DNA of 64,000 bases. Origin: Octopus vulgaris (lineage: Eukaryota). The stretch spans positions 34,658,001-34,722,000 of the forward strand of contig OX597832.1 of assembly GCA_951406725.2 (NCBI GenBank), read 5' to 3'. The position numbers and the translations under genes were made by a program. Shown here piece by piece: positions 1 to 16,311 of this stretch. Every line of letters begins with the position of its first letter. Position 1 is the stretch's first letter. The notes beneath the pieces were generated by a model, which was not told where the DNA came from, ran no database searches, and worked only from the letters and a program-made list of their open reading frames with translations.

Positions 1-513
1 GAGGGCGATATGTAGCACACACAACTACATCAAGTTGCCTAATATGTACAATTAGTGTGTCACACACCGAGTTTGAGTATGACAAGAGGACCTGGGGTGT
101 GAGGTCCTCACGGATGTACATAGCAACACCTCCATGACTCCTTTCTTTCCTGTCGGTCCGTAGTACAGCATACTGTGGTATGTGTAACTCCGCATCTGCT
201 ATGTCCGGTTTCAGGTGCGTTTCTGTAAGTGCTATGCATAAGGCTTGATTGCATGCAACAAAGTCTCTCAGGAACGGGATCTTTGTCCTGTTACTGAGTG
301 TTTGCAGTCCTCTGATGTTCAGTAGGAGTATCGAGGTGAGGTGTACGTTGTTGTTGTTGCCGGCGGTGTCCATCCTGTGTCTGTTTGCTGTGGTGGTCTG
401 GTATATAGTGGGTAGTCCCACCTGCGGGCTTGGGTTTGATGAAGCCAGGTCAGCTGCTGTACAATCTTTTGTGCCATGCACAAAAAAGATTGTTGCTCAG
501 CAGCTGCTGAGCA
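1..513 (-). mobile_element. LINE (CR1/L2/Jockey-group) fragment: end of ORF1 and start of ORF2 APE endonuclease, running off the window edge
   Basis: Minus-strand frame from ATG at 373 reads [23 protein letters not shown]...IALTETHL...VLRTDRKERSHGGVAMYIRE...CATYRP without a stop. These are APE motifs (NIRGL, ETHL, RxDR, GGVAxY, YRP). The frame overlaps an upstream frame ending ...TSPRYSY*. It abuts (TA)n at 514. Not listed in the ORF track. Confidence 0.9.
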
Positions 514-1763
<1,250 letters not shown>

Positions 1764-1766
<3 letters not shown>

Positions 1767-2275
1767 CAGTTTAAATATAGGATAAAATCTTTATACGGAT
1801 TTGTCAAGTAGTTAGCGTGAAAAACCTCATAAGGGAAAATTTATTAATTATTCCCTATAAATATATTTATTTATATTGAGGGTATTACTACACATAAATA
1901 CCTCACGTTAGGAGGGACTCTTAAAGTCAAAACTACTAAATTTTATTCTGAATAAACACGAGTACTGAAATGCTATTCGAAAAGCCCGCCTCTTACATAG
2001 ATATATAAGTGTAAACAAATTCTATGTACCAAGCTGGATACATGTGGTGTTCGTCTGGTATGTTGATTTGTATTTATTTTTATATGTCTTGACTATGTTT
2101 GCACTGATGAGTGAAAAGTGCGTTTTGTGCACTAATTACGAAATCATATAATATGCAGCGGAGTCTGTTTTTAGGAGGCTGGCTTCGACAGTTGTATTCC
2201 CTTGCGTTCGGTACAATGTGCTTATTATAGTAGTTTTGACTTTAAGAGTCCCTCCTAGCGTGAGGCATATATGTA
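1764..2275 (+). mobile_element. Non-coding fold-back insert with hammerhead core (putative Penelope-like remnant)
   Basis: Arms 1901-1938 and 2228-2265 are reverse complements (cctcacgttaggagggactcttaaagtcaaaactact), with weaker similarity further in. Flanked by TA-type repeats. Confidence 0.65.
2100..2157 (+). ncRNA. Type I hammerhead ribozyme candidate
   Basis: tgca-CTGATGA-[gtga..agtgcg ttttg tgcact..ttac]-GAAA-tcatataa-TA-tgca: stem I tgca/tgca, paired stem II, minimal stem III. Confidence 0.7.
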
Positions 2276-2359
2276 TGTATATGTATGCATGTATATATAT
2301 ATATGTATGTATATGTACGCATGTATGTGTATATATATGTATATATATGTATGTACATG

Positions 2360-2408
<49 letters not shown>

Positions 2409-2626
2409 ATGTATATTGGAAGGTTTGGAGATGATGTACAGGTATTTTATATTAGAAGAAATGAGGTACTCAGAAAATCGGATGGTTTTATATTTACAGA
2501 TATTTATTTGTATATTACATGTTTTTATACATCATATTACTGAAATCATATATTAGGGCTTCTCTCCCATTCTAGTGGAGTTTTCAAATCAAACTAAGTA
2601 TGTATATATGTATATATTTATATATA

Positions 2627-3962
2627 TAGGGTAAATATATTATCGTCTAACTTACGCAAAAATGAAATTAACTCTGACATATATTAACAGATATATTTAC
2701 TAAAATTGCATTAAAATATCTTGAGATACTAAAGAGTAAATCTATTCAATAAAATCACTGTTGTCCTTAACAACACTCTCCAGACGACTTCAGTGTCATT
2801 TGCAACTCTTCTGGCCTGTCTTCTTGTTTAAGTTTGCGAATGCTGCCATAATCCTTGCCTTCACTTCATCATTCCTGTTACAAGAAGTTTTGTTGGTCTC
2901 TCATTCAACTGTGCCCCATACATAATAATCAAGGGGGTTTCAGTCTTGGGAGTTATGTGCACAGATCTTAGGGGTGATGTGGTCACAGAAATTGTCTGAG
3001 AGCCATGACTGGGTTCTCTTGTTTGTGTGACATGGTGCAGAGTCTTGTTGCCAGAAATTCTATTTGAAAAATACTCATACGTATGTATGTATATATTTGT
3101 ATGCATGTATGTATGTATGTATGTATGTATGTATGTATGTGTGCATGTATGTATGTATGTTTACATAGGGCCTTCCAGCAGCCACCCTTTTGATCCAGGG
3201 CCGTACTATCTTCTCCAGGCCGTGTGAGAAAATGAGCGGAAGCATAACGTCGCCATCAATAGTGATCACCCCAAGCACCTTGATGTTGACTGGATGTTTG
3301 ATTTTTATCACTCTCAGTATATGTTTTGGGGACACCATCTAATCCTGGCAGAAATTTTTCTCGTCTGAGAAAAGCCAAAGCATATTCAGTTGGAGGGAAT
3401 ACTTGATTGTGTTCAAAAGCTTCGTAGTGCAGTCTTTCCTCTTGTTCTTGATCGCTTGAAATAAAGATTGGCCCTTTCTCATCTCGTGTGAGGAATACTA
3501 AATGTCTTCATGCTCTACCTGCTTGATAAAAAAGCTCAGACATTCCTTTGTCCCTGGCGATGGACCTGATTAACTTGTAGGGATTGTTGTCAATCATGGC
3601 CTGGATCTCACCAAGAAATTCAGAAGTTCTTTTCTTATCAGAACAATCGGAATGAGATTTCCGAGCTGCCATACCTCCATAATTACCATTAGACTCCTCC
3701 AACGCTTTCCGAATCCTCTGCACTCTCCTCAGATTGACACCCAAACACTCTGAATGTTCGTACTGTAGCTTCCGATACGAATGCCAAGCAGAACAGTATG
3801 TTGTTTCCAAATTCCTGGCAGAGTGAATTGTCATGGTGCTCTTTTTCTCACAGACGGTGCCCAACTGACCCTACTATACTGTGTAGTCGACAAAATAAAA
3901 AAGCAATGCGTATGCGCGAAATTAAAAATATAAAGTGATTACAATCAACCCATTGCACCCTG
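2627..3962 (-). mobile_element. Degenerate Tc1/mariner-superfamily (maT/DD37D-like) DNA transposon, near full length
   Basis: Frameshifted pieces: HTH-like ECLGVNLRRVQRIRK...IRSIARDKGMSE, then FSDEKNF, KHPVNIKVLGVITIDG, QQDSAPCH and a decayed SPDLNPLDYYVWG-like block. Both ends begin with (c/t)agggt next to TA/TG repeats. A (TATG)n tract interrupts it at ~3080-3160. Confidence 0.85.
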
Positions 3963-3984
3963 TGTATGTGTGTGTGTGTGCGCG

Positions 3985-4128
3985 CGATAAGAAGCTTGCT
4001 TCCCAACCACATGGTTCCAGGTTCAGTACCACTGCGTGACACCTTGTGCAAGTGTCTTCTATTGTAGCCTTGAGCCGACCAAAGCCCTGTGGTTAGATGG
4101 GGCAGACGGAAACTAAAAGAAGCCTGTC

Positions 4129-4173
<45 letters not shown>

Positions 4174-4460
4174 TGTATGTATGTACGTACATATGTGTGT
4201 GTGGAAGAGTGGTGTGTGCGAGTGTGTCTTTGTTTGTATGTGTCCCCACACCACCACCACCACCACCACCACCACCACCACAGCTTGACAACTAGTTTTG
4301 GTGCGTCCTCGGCCCCGTAACTCACCGATTCGACAAAAGAAGGTGACAGAATAAATACTTGGCTTAAAAATTAAGTCTTGTGGTCGATTTCTTCGACTAA
4401 AAGGCGGTGCTTCAGTATGGCCACAGTCAAATGTTTGAAACAAGTAAAAGAATAAAAGAG
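3985..4460 (+). mobile_element. tRNA-headed SINE family A with internal microsatellite
   Basis: B-box-like ggttccaggttcagt, body gccgaccaaagcc...gacggaaact, internal (TA)n/(CAC)n, 3' end ggcggtgcttcagtatggccacagtcaaatg...gaaacaagtaaaag. Confidence 0.85.
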
Positions 4461-4558
<98 letters not shown>

Positions 4559-4584
4559 CAGAGAGACAAACACACACACACACG

Positions 4585-4742
4585 ACGTTCTTTCAAGTTT
4601 CCGTCTACAAAATCCGCTCAGAGGGCTTAGTTGGCCCAAGGCTAAACTAGAAGACACTTGCCCAAGTTGCCATGCTGGGGAATGAACCCAAAGCCATGTG
4701 ACTGGGAAGGAAACATCTTACCACATAGCCACTCCTGCGCCT
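4585..4742 (-). mobile_element. SINE family A, 5' half
   Basis: Reverse complement begins ggcgcaggagtggctatgtggtaag and matches the head of the 28869 copy. A similar 5' half lies at 6650-6805 (-). Confidence 0.8.
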
Positions 4743-5208
4743 GTGTACAAATGTATATATGCTCACATACATGCATACATACGTACGTATACACACGCAT
4801 ACCTACATACCTAACTACCTTCATACCTACATACATACATACATACCTAACTACCCAAATACATACACACCCGTGTACAGTGAGAGAAAAAGTGAGAGAG
4901 TGGGTGTACAGCTGGGAACTGGGGGTGGGGATTGAAGTGTATGGGTAGATCGGAGTGGGTTTTTCAACAGATGTTTGTGCTCGCAGCACGTGTGTATAAG
5001 AGTTTAATGATATCATAACGAATGGGGAGGGGTTAGAGAGGGAGTTGTTGGGGAATGGAAGAATGAAAGAGGGCATGGGAGACGGAGCGGTATTAGGGAG
5101 AGGAGCGAAAGAGGAAGAAACCGAAGAAAATTTCTGCTGCTTCAGCAAAATACCTTATTTCACAGACTAGTGCCAGGCCAAGTCTATGTGTGTGTGTATG
5201 TGTGGGGG

Positions 5209-5240
<32 letters not shown>

Positions 5241-5287
5241 AAGTTAATCCAAACAAGAAAACAAAAAACAACAACGCAAGGATGTGG

Positions 5288-5335
<48 letters not shown>

Positions 5336-5988
5336 TGTGTGCGTGTACATATACATATATAAACATATATACATACATATAGTAACGAATACACACAAAC
5401 AAACATTCATACATACATACATGCATACATAACAAAGCATGGAAAAGCTGTAATACCAGAAATCAGCTGTTGTCGGAGCTGAAAAAGTGAACACCACAAA
5501 ATTCTACTTGAAAAATACGCATATGTATGTATGTATGTATGCATGCATGCATACATGCATGTATGTATGTATGTATGTATGTATGTATGTATGTATGTAT
5601 GTATGTATGTATGTATGTATGTATGTATGTATGCGTGTGCGTGTGTGTGTATATATATATATATATATGCATGTATATATGTATATATACATGTGTGAAT
5701 ATGTATGCATGTCTGTGCAATCTACACACATATGTTAACACAGATAAATACTCTCTCTCTCTCACACACACACACACATCGAGAAACATGCAATAATGTA
5801 TGTGCATGTGCATTACTGTAAGCATGTGTATATGAATATTCTGATGTGTGTATATATGCAAGTTCATGCCCGACTTCTAGAATAATTATCCGGCATAAAA
5901 TAAATGCCGGAGTGCACGAAAGCTCATTCAAGTGACCGCCCAGCATGGCCACACTGCAGTGACTAAAAGACGAAAAAGTAATTATATG

Positions 5989-6046
<58 letters not shown>

Positions 6047-6957
6047 CACGCATTTCATATGTATATATGAATGTCTATACTAATATATTTAGATTTACCA
6101 ACGTGGCTCTGGGCCGACCAAAGCAATGTGAGTGGATTTAGTAAACGGAAACAGAAAGACTGTCGTATACACACACACACATATAAATATATATACACAT
6201 GCATGTGTATATATATATATATATACGTATGTATGTATGTATGTATGTATGTCTTTAAATCTTTAAATTGTTTAAGCTTCAAAGCTGCGGTAATATGTAT
6301 ACCTCTTTCCTAGCAGAGTGATATTCCCTCATGGCCAGACATATTATCGCGGAATATTGGAGTATTTGAAAATGAGATCGCTTGTCTGACGTGTACACTC
6401 GTTTACCACCATCGCCCATTATTAAGAGAAAGGCCCGCACGCACGCACACATATGTATATACATATACATACATTTTGCTGTCTCCGTCTATTCTTTCTG
6501 TACAAGACTGAACGCTCGAAGTGTAAAAGACTGAATTTTCCAGACCATCAACCATATATATATATTTTTTTATCTCGTCTTCTCGTTTGCTTTAGTATCA
6601 TATATATGAATGCGCGCGCGCGTGTGTGTGTGTGTGTGTGTGTATGTTATGGACGGGCTTCTTTCAGACTCCAACTAAAATTCACTCAAAAGGTTTTGGT
6701 CGACCCGAAGCTATAGTAGAAGACATTGGCTCAAGTTTTAGCGCCGAAGGATTGAACCCGAAACCACGTGTTTAGGAAATAAACTTCTTAAATACACAGC
6801 CATTCTTTCGGGACACACACACACAAATACATATATGTATTAAAAGATACACATAAAAATGTGTATGTGCATGTTTGATGTGCACCTCTTTGCCAGTAGC
6901 TCAAGGGCAACAGACGAGGTACGTTGTTCAGTGACACGACATGCAGAATAAATCGGT

Positions 6958-7012
<55 letters not shown>

Positions 7013-7854
7013 TTAAAAGTAACATCCGTCTATTATAAGAAACCTGAATGTATTTTGGAAATTAGGTTATGAAGTCAACACGTTGGAAGCGTTGTTTGTT
7101 GAACCATGCAACTGACACCCACCGACACTAACCGCTCTCTACTTTCTTCAAAGCATTGCTTCAAAGTAAAATACTGTGTGTGTGTGTTTATATGCATGTA
7201 GATGTATATAGGTATGTATATATACATACATATATATATGTGTCTGTGTGTGTGAGTGTGTCTGTATGTATGTATGCTTGTATGTATATATGTGTACACA
7301 AACACAAATATAGAAAAATATGTCAGTGTGTCTATATATACATATATACTCACACGCACACACACATATACATACATATATATATATATATATATACAAA
7401 CATATACATATATTTACCCACAAGTGCACGCGCTCGCACACACGCGCCTACAAGCACACACGCACACATGCACGCACTCACACACACGCGCACACGCGCA
7501 CGCGCACACTCACACACACACACAGGTCAGTGTTATGCTGAATCAGCGTTGTGCAACGTGTAAGTTATCAACGAATTTTTAATCCCGGTGGATTAACGGC
7601 GACATAAACTTAAGAACCTGATTATTTTTCTTGTTGTTGTTGTTGTTGCTGCTGCTGATGCTGCCGCCGCTGCTTCACTACCCACCACTCCTCTTGCTCA
7701 TACCCCGCCGCCACGCCTTCTCGCCTGCCTGGGTTTTTACTTTTTGCTTCGACTGTATCGTCTGTCTGGGTGGTGAAGCCGTACATCTGACGTAGATCGA
7801 CACAGAATGATGGGAAAACGCACACACAAACGCATGTATGTGTGTTTATATGTA

Positions 7855-8278
<424 letters not shown>

Positions 8279-8299
8279 GTATATATATATATTTTTTTC

Positions 8300-8420
8300 A
8301 TTTTCATCTAGTTTCAGCTCACGAGCTGTGGCCATGCTGGGGCACCGCCATTCGGTGTTGCTACATGATTTTACTTCACAAATGCTTTTTAGCAATTGAC
8401 ATTTGGTGCATGAGAGAGTT
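8300..8420 (-). mobile_element. Extreme 3' end of the CR1/L2-group LINE
   Basis: Matches 39457-39570 (ctagtttcagct...gagctgtggccatgctggggcaccgcc). Confidence 0.85.
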
Positions 8421-8424
8421 TCAT

Positions 8425-8625
8425 TCTTTCATTTGTCTAAGTCATTTGACTGCAGCCATGCTGGACCACCACCTTTAGTCGAACAAATCGACCCCAGGAC
8501 TTATTCTTTGTAAGCTTAGTACTTATCCTATCGGACCCTTTTGCTGAACTGCTAAGTTACGGGGGCGTAAACACATCAACGTCGGTTGTCAAACGATGTT
8601 GGGGAGACAAACACAGACACACAAA
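8425..8625 (-). mobile_element. SINE family A, 3' half
   Basis: Matches the 3' half of the 28869-29270 copy. More diverged halves at ~9350-9530 (-) and ~9540-9690 (+). Confidence 0.8.
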
Positions 8626-8632
8626 CATATAC

Positions 8633-8727
<95 letters not shown>

Positions 8728-9016
8728 CGCATTATCAGAATATGTTTAAAATGCATGTAGTTTTACCAGGGAACGAAACTTCGAAGACACACCGTCAACT
8801 TTGTTGGTATTATTTCGTAGATAATCCTTTAATGTGAAGTATGTTTGTTTGTGTTTTGTTTAACCCAGAGTTTCCTCCGATGCAGCTGATCCATAGCATA
8901 GTTTTTTTTTTTCTTCCTGAAATACTTTAAATCTGTCTTTCTTTTGATGAAAAGGTGTGTTTTAAGAGAGATTTAGCTGCTATTTTTAGTAGCTCAAGTT
9001 AACACAGATATACCTC

Positions 9017-9092
<76 letters not shown>

Positions 9093-10144
9093 CTTTGTGG
9101 TGAAAAATTGTTTTTCTCAGAATATTTTGCACAATAATTTTTTAAAGAAATCTGAACGTCTTTCTTACTGCTAACCATTCAATTTCGAATTACAATTGTT
9201 CATTGCTGGAAGTCAAATAGACTGAGATATACATATAGTGTTATCGTATGGAGTGGAAGTTCAATACAAAGATTTGAACTCATTATCTTGGGATTAGTAA
9301 TCCATTATCTTAAATTTGAAGCCATTAAATCTTTAAACAATATTTTACTGAGTTTAGTCTTTCGACTGTCGCCATGATGGGGTTTCACCTTCAAAAATTT
9401 AACTGATCATACTGACCTCATTACATATTTCAATCTGACACTCATTTTATAGATCTCTGCTTGATGGACTGCTAACTTTGGGAGATAGTGGGACACAATA
9501 GTCGGTTTAACAACAAATGTAAACACACACACACACATTAGGTGCAAGAATGACTGTGTGGTTCCTAATCACATCGTTCTACGTTCAGTACCTCTGCATG
9601 GTTCCTTGAGAAAGTGTTTTCTACTATAGCCATGGGCTAACCACAGACTTATGACTAAATTTGGTAGACGCAAACTGCAGCGTTGCTCATCAGAAAATGA
9701 CAAGAAAACATGTTTATAAAGAAGAGTTGTTTGCTTCATACTCCCCCTGTGCATATGAATACATACATACATACATACATACATACATACATACATACAT
9801 ACATACATACATACATACACACACACCTACATACATACATACATACAAACACATACATACATACTTACATACATACATACATACATTACATACATATACA
9901 CACACATACATACATACACACACACATACATACATACATACATACATACATACATACATACATACAGTTCAATATTAAACTGAAGGATCATTCAAAAATT
10001 TTTTGTAAAGTACATATTTATAAAACTTTTACAAGGAAAATATTGGCAGTGACTTTTACGCTTTGTCTTGTTGTTTGACGAAGGCCAATGAACCGAAACT
10101 TCGAAGACATTGGCAACATTTTCCTTGTGAAATTTAGTAAATGC

Positions 10145-10600
10145 ATGCGTATTTATGTATATATGTAATTGCTCAGTTTTATTTCAAGATTTCTTGTCAA
10201 TAGAGAAATAATCTCTCTCTAACTTTGAACTAAAGTTCCTTCGTTGGAATTTCAACATCAACAATTTTTGTTTGCATGTATGCAGATTTGTATGTTTTCT
10301 TTTATGCATGTATACTCATGCATATAGTTGCATATCTAGACATACTCATATATATTCAAATAATAAACTTCTGGAAAGTTTTACAGATTTTTACAATTCC
10401 AGTGATGGATTAGACCTGTAGTCTTCGATCAGCTTTCTTCTTTCTGGTTTTGAGAAGCCTAATTTCCCAAGATTGATACACATACAAGGGCCCCAATAAT
10501 TAGAGGTATAAATCTTAATTTGTAATCTGGATAGAGTAACTGCAGATTTCTTAATAGTTCAGCGTAGATATTCCCTTTTCAACTGATCTTCAGCTTTACA
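10145..10600 (-). mobile_element. 3' fragment of R4/Dong-like LINE (same family as 19844-21890)
   Basis: Reverse complement matches 21585-21870 (REL C-terminus and 3' UTR). Confidence 0.85.
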
Positions 10601-10699
10601 TAGTTTCTTTTATGTATGTATGTATGTATGTATGTATGTATGTATGTATGTATGTATGTATGTATGTATGTATGTATGTATGTATGTATGTATGTATGT

Positions 10700-12545
10700 A
10701 TGCATGTATTCTCTTCTGTTTTCTAATTATCATAAATTTTTCACGGAGGAAGGAGCCGGAATGTAGTTAACACAGAAAAATTCACATTTGGAACTTGAGA
10801 ATAGACTTGCATATTTTTACTGTTCTGCTCAGAGATTGCGCTTGTAATGTGCGAATTAGCCGGTTGATTCCTCTTTCTGAAAATCCCAGTTTATCCAGAT
10901 TCTTCTTTAGGCATTGACTAACAAAACCTAGTGCTCCAATTATTATCGGTATGAATATGAATTCATAGTCTGGATATAGAAGCTGGAGGTTTCGAAGTAG
11001 TTGTCCATAGATATTCTCTTTTTCTTTGATTTTCAAAGAGATATTTATATCTGCAGGGCAGCTGACCTCTATGATGGTATACACCTTTGTCCCACTGCCC
11101 CAAGCAACAATATCCGGCCTATTATTTGACGGAAGTTGTGATAGGAATATTCCACCAGTATTCTTTGAGTTGGTGTTTATGAATATATTCCATAACAGAG
11201 GGATTTTCTAAGTTTATTTCAGGACAGTTTTTTTTTGCGGATGGCATTGTAAATTGTTTTAGCAACAACATCGTGCTGCCTAGGGAGGTAGTTTCATGAC
11301 GACATTTTAGGACAGCTGCTAATCACATACGTGATGTCTCTCACAGAAACATGACATAGCCTACACATGCGGTTGCACCTTGGGATTCCAAGAGCGTCAC
11401 TGTTTCTCCTGTTCACTAGGTACTTCGAGCCAATATTCTGTTCCTGGATTGCAAACGCATAGCCCTCAAAGTGGTGTGAGGTGATGTAGTGGCATTGTGT
11501 CCAAGAGAAGCTTCTCTTTGTGTCAATTCTACTGTCTTCTTCAAGCATCCGGTCAACATACATATGCATCGGTTTTTATTTTTAGTATATTGAGTTCTTT
11601 TCATCCAGGTCTTCTCTGAGATAAGAGAGTCCAGCTGTTTTGAGGAAGAGAGTACTTCTTGGGAGCTCACTGCCAACTTGTACAATGTTGCTCACTTCAC
11701 TTTTCAGCACTGCATTTATATATTTATTTTTGCTGCTGTTGTTCAGCAGACGTTGCCTTAGTGATACCATACGGCATCTGAAGGCCGTCTGCATTGATCT
11801 CAGGCCTCTACCACCTTCATTTCTTCTTAGGGAGGGCCTGTCAACATCACTGTTTCTGTGGAAATTCCCAATTGTTGTCAGGATTTTTCGGGTTTTGATG
11901 GAGTGGAGTGGATTTCCTCTACAGACCAATCAATTATCCCAAATGGTTGGGATCAGCACTGGTACTGCAAATGCATTGTGGGATATTGTTTTGTTGTAAG
12001 AGGGGAGTTCCGACTGCCATATTTTCGTAAGTCTGGTGTAATATCTTCGAGTCACTCTATCTTTATTCACAGTGCCTTCATATGATACATTTTCGTTTAT
12101 GCTTAGGTACTTATAACATTCTTTGTGTGGAATGGGGGAGATAGAGAGACCGTTGATACACAGGTTTTGGTTTTGGGGGACTGATTTTCCTCGTTCTATA
12201 ACCAAATATGAACATTTCTTTTGGCCAAATTCCATGCCCTTATCAGCCGAAAATCTTATTAATTCCAGTTTTTTTTTTGTTGCATTATTAACACTTTTAG
12301 CATAAATCTTAAGGTCGTCTACAAAGAAAATATGAGCTACATTGATATTTCTAGCAGTTGAAGATCCTAGCACGTAACCATTTGTTTTCTGCAGTAGGAA
12401 CGATAATGGATTCAGTGCCAAAATGAAAAGAAGTACAGAAAGACTATCTCTGGAATATTCTCTTTGTAATGCCTATAGTATCTGAAACAATTTTTCTAGT
12501 CTCAGTTGGAAGGGTGAAAATTGTTGTCCATGTCTGTGATTCTCA
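10700..12545 (-). mobile_element. 5'-truncated, frameshifted R4/Dong-like non-LTR retrotransposon (RT + Zn knuckle + REL endonuclease)
   Basis: ALNPLS...HIFFVDDLKIYAK (RT catalytic motif), EGGRGLRS, CRLC..DITYVISSCPKM..HD (CCHC-type knuckle), RPDIVAW...IIEVSCP...KE (PD-(D/E)xK), IPIIIGALG. (TATG)n on both sides. Confidence 0.92.
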
Positions 12546-12699
12546 TGTATGTATGTATGTATGTATGTATGTATGTATGTATGTATGTATGTATGTATGT
12601 ATGTATGCATGCATGCATGCATGCATGCATGCATGCATGTATGTATGTATGTATGTATGTATGTATGTATGTATGTATGTATGTATGCGTGTATATATA

Positions 12700-12735
<36 letters not shown>

Positions 12736-13592
12736 TGTATGTATATGCAAATATATATATACATACATATATATACACATAAACATATATATATATATGC
12801 ACATAAACATATATACATGCATATTTATATAAATGTATTCACGTGTGTGGGAATGTGTCCCTCTGTTGTTACATATGTTTATGTATACATATGTATATGT
12901 TCATGCAAGTATTTTACTATATACATCTGACTACGTTAGTCTGTGTGTATGTTTGTACATTTGTGATTATGAAGGACTGGATTTCATGCCTTTCCCAAAG
13001 TAATTAGTGCTGTAATTGAAGTCAAATCGACCAACAGTGAACAGAAACCTTCTCTCCGTCTCCGCACATCGATAAACGCATCTCTTCCTACCCTCTGTTC
13101 CCAGTCCTTTACTCATTCCATTAACCACCGCAATTCAAGTAACAAACCACACAATATAAACAAAAAAACGCCATTATATAACACAAAGCAATTATGATTT
13201 ACATGGTGAGGCGAAAAAAAATGGCGGCCAATAATTACATATGAAGAAGAAAAACATGGCGGACATTATGATTTTAATTAACTAAAGAGAGAAATGAAAA
13301 GAGAAAAAGGAAAGAATACAATAATTAGTTACAGAACATTTCCTGCAGAAAATAGTTTGTAAATAAAGGAACTTAACGAGAATCTCGGAATAGATTAATG
13401 AAAAGATTAAGAGATTAGGATAACTAGTATCATAATAATCTCCTTCATTTTCTGCTAGCTTATCATTAAAATTTGGATGAATATCACAAAGTAATTATTT
13501 AATAACTATCTTCATAAAATTCCGTTCTTGGGTTGGGAGGTATGTATGTTTTTATTTCTCTCCTTCTCTAACGCTTTCCCTCCCACTCTCTT

Positions 13593-13652
<60 letters not shown>

Positions 13653-13695
13653 TCTCTCTCTCCCTGTATATATATATGAGTGTGTGTGTGTGTAT

Positions 13696-13748
<53 letters not shown>

Positions 13749-14022
13749 ATAATGTATATATATACATATAGAAATTAATACATACATATATTTATAGAAA
13801 TTTATAAATTTTAATCGAATATATATAAAAAAATATTAAATTGATGAAAGATATATATATATATAATTCATACATAACTATTTTATATATACTTTTGCGT
13901 GTGTGTGTGGAAGTACGTATGCATGCCTACCTGTATGTATGTCATTGTTCAGTTTTATTTCAAGATTTCTTGCCAATAGAAAAAGAACTTGTTTCTAATA
14001 TGTATGTATGTGTGTGTATTCC

Positions 14023-14054
<32 letters not shown>

Positions 14055-15237
14055 TGTATGTATGTACGTGTGTATGTGTGTGTATTCCTATATGTATGCA
14101 TGTAATATATGTCTAAATATTTAAATCACATGCACATTTATATCACGTAAAGTATAAGAATGCCCATCCACCAAATCACCATCAAAACAAATATAAATGA
14201 AATTGAATTTCCAAGCAAATTAATATATTTTGAAGAGACATCAATAGAGGGCGCTGCTGGTATTATACAACGATGAATCAGTCGGCTAAACGCTATGCAA
14301 TATTTAGTTGTGTTGCTTAGAGTTCTTATTTCAAATTCAGACAGTGCCTGTGGCTATTCAATTTTATTTTTTGGATATATTGAAATAGTAAATCCATTAT
14401 GCTCAGGTCTTGCAGTGTTTGAAGATAAACGTCCAAAGCCTTTTTCAGAACCATTGAATCTGTTGGTGGAAGGAAAATGAGAACTCGTGAGCTGCTACTA
14501 CATGAGAAAGCACTGTATCAAGATATCGAATCATCAAGACGATCTCACGGTTGAAAAGTTTCTGATTAAACGTCAGCTTGATCAGGGTTAACCTAGACGT
14601 AAAGAACAACAACAAAGACAGTAAGTTTTACTTGAGCTGCGGTTTAAATAAATGTATCCTCTCGATTTTGATTGACTGGGGTGGGAATGGGGCTGCCAAC
14701 CAGTAGAGACGGTCGACGAGTGATGGCCGTTTTATGGCCGTTTCAGCAAGATGAAAGAAGGATTTTATCACGAAATATCACGCTGATAAAGAGACTGACC
14801 GCAGCAAACATACGCATGAATAACCTGCATCGTTGTCAACCAAACCGAAATAGATCGAAGGTGGGCATTTTTTGTTTTTTTCTTTTCTTTCACTGCTTCA
14901 TCGTATGACGAAATGGCAGAAAAGGTAAAGAATAGTAATCTAATTACGCCGCTTCATCTTTTTAAGTTCATATCGTGAAGGGTTAGACTTGACATTTCTT
15001 CCGTCCAGTGCTGATAAAATGAATTATCAAAAGATCGTTCAATTATATTCTCGTTCTATAACAATGGAGGAAACTCCTTGTCTGCACCCGTTCCGCGGGG
15101 AAGTAAAGAGAGAGAGAGATACCACATCCGGTCAGCTGCACATTCAGAGTTCGAGCCCCATGAAAATCATTTCTTTTAAACTTCTTATATCACACAACAA
15201 CTGATTAAATATATTCCAGCTATACGCTTTAATGAAA

Positions 15238-15455
15238 ACGTGCGGCCTAGTGCTGGGGTGTTGTGCTCATGTTCGTAAGACCGTGGGTTCGATTCCCGGG
15301 CCTAGTGGTGCGCTTGTTTCTTAAGAAAAACACTTCATGTTGCCCCATCCATTCAGCTGTAAAGGAATAACCCTGCCACGGATTGGTTTCCCGTTCGGAT
15401 GGAAATGTTGTGATCTCAGCCACTTATAGGCCATGGAAATTGGGTAACCAGCCCT
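15238..15455 (+). mobile_element. Diverged tRNA-headed SINE (third family)
   Basis: A-box-like ggcctagtg and B-box ggttcgattcc. The later block aaccctgccacggattggtttcccgt is reminiscent of the V-SINE central domain. Confidence 0.6.
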
Positions 15456-16311
15456 TTCAGTTCTTGCACTTGAGATTATAATGTCCAGTATTTGATGATG
15501 ATGATATATTTATGGCGACCCGGTGTCTCTCACGTCTTCATGCCAACAATGATTGTATGATCAAATCAACAGAAATCAATAGATTTTTAAATCTCTTTAA
15601 TATCGAACTTTCCTTAAAAACGGAGTTTGTTTTCACTTTAGTAAGGCAATTTAGTCCTTATAAATCTCATCAACTGTGGGAGAGCAGGGGTCAAAGATCA
15701 TAGAACATTCTCCTTTCTCTTGATTAAACCATTAAGATCTCATTAAGCAACATAACTTTAATCATGTTAATTAAATTTAAATGTGAATATATAAAGAATC
15801 AGGCAGTCATTGGGTCACATAATTTAGAGTGTTTTAATTTTATAGAAGATGCAAACCATTAAAAACTCATTAGGTAAATTTAGAAGAATGTTAATTAATT
15901 AATTCTGCATGGCCATAAAGAAAGGACCACATAGCAGAGTGAGTAAGGTGTTGAGTTACTTACTCAAAATTTGTGAGTTCAAAGCACAGCAAATCCTACG
16001 TTGCGATCTTATAGAATTGTTAGCACACTGCGCAAAATGTTTATTGGCATGTCGCCTGAATCGATAAAATAAGTTGAACACTAAGTTCGATGTAATCGAT
16101 TCTACCACAACCCATAAAATTGCTGGTCTTTGCCAAAATTTGAAACCATTACTTTTCGGGTCGCAATGCATTACGCTAAATAATTTCAGTTAACCAAAGA
16201 ACAAGATTCTTTAAGATAAGCTTAAGATCAGAAATGTTGAGTGAGTGGCATAAAGTGGCATTGAGTGAGTGGCATAAATCTTAGTTCTTCACTGTTGATT
16301 TATTTTATCAA

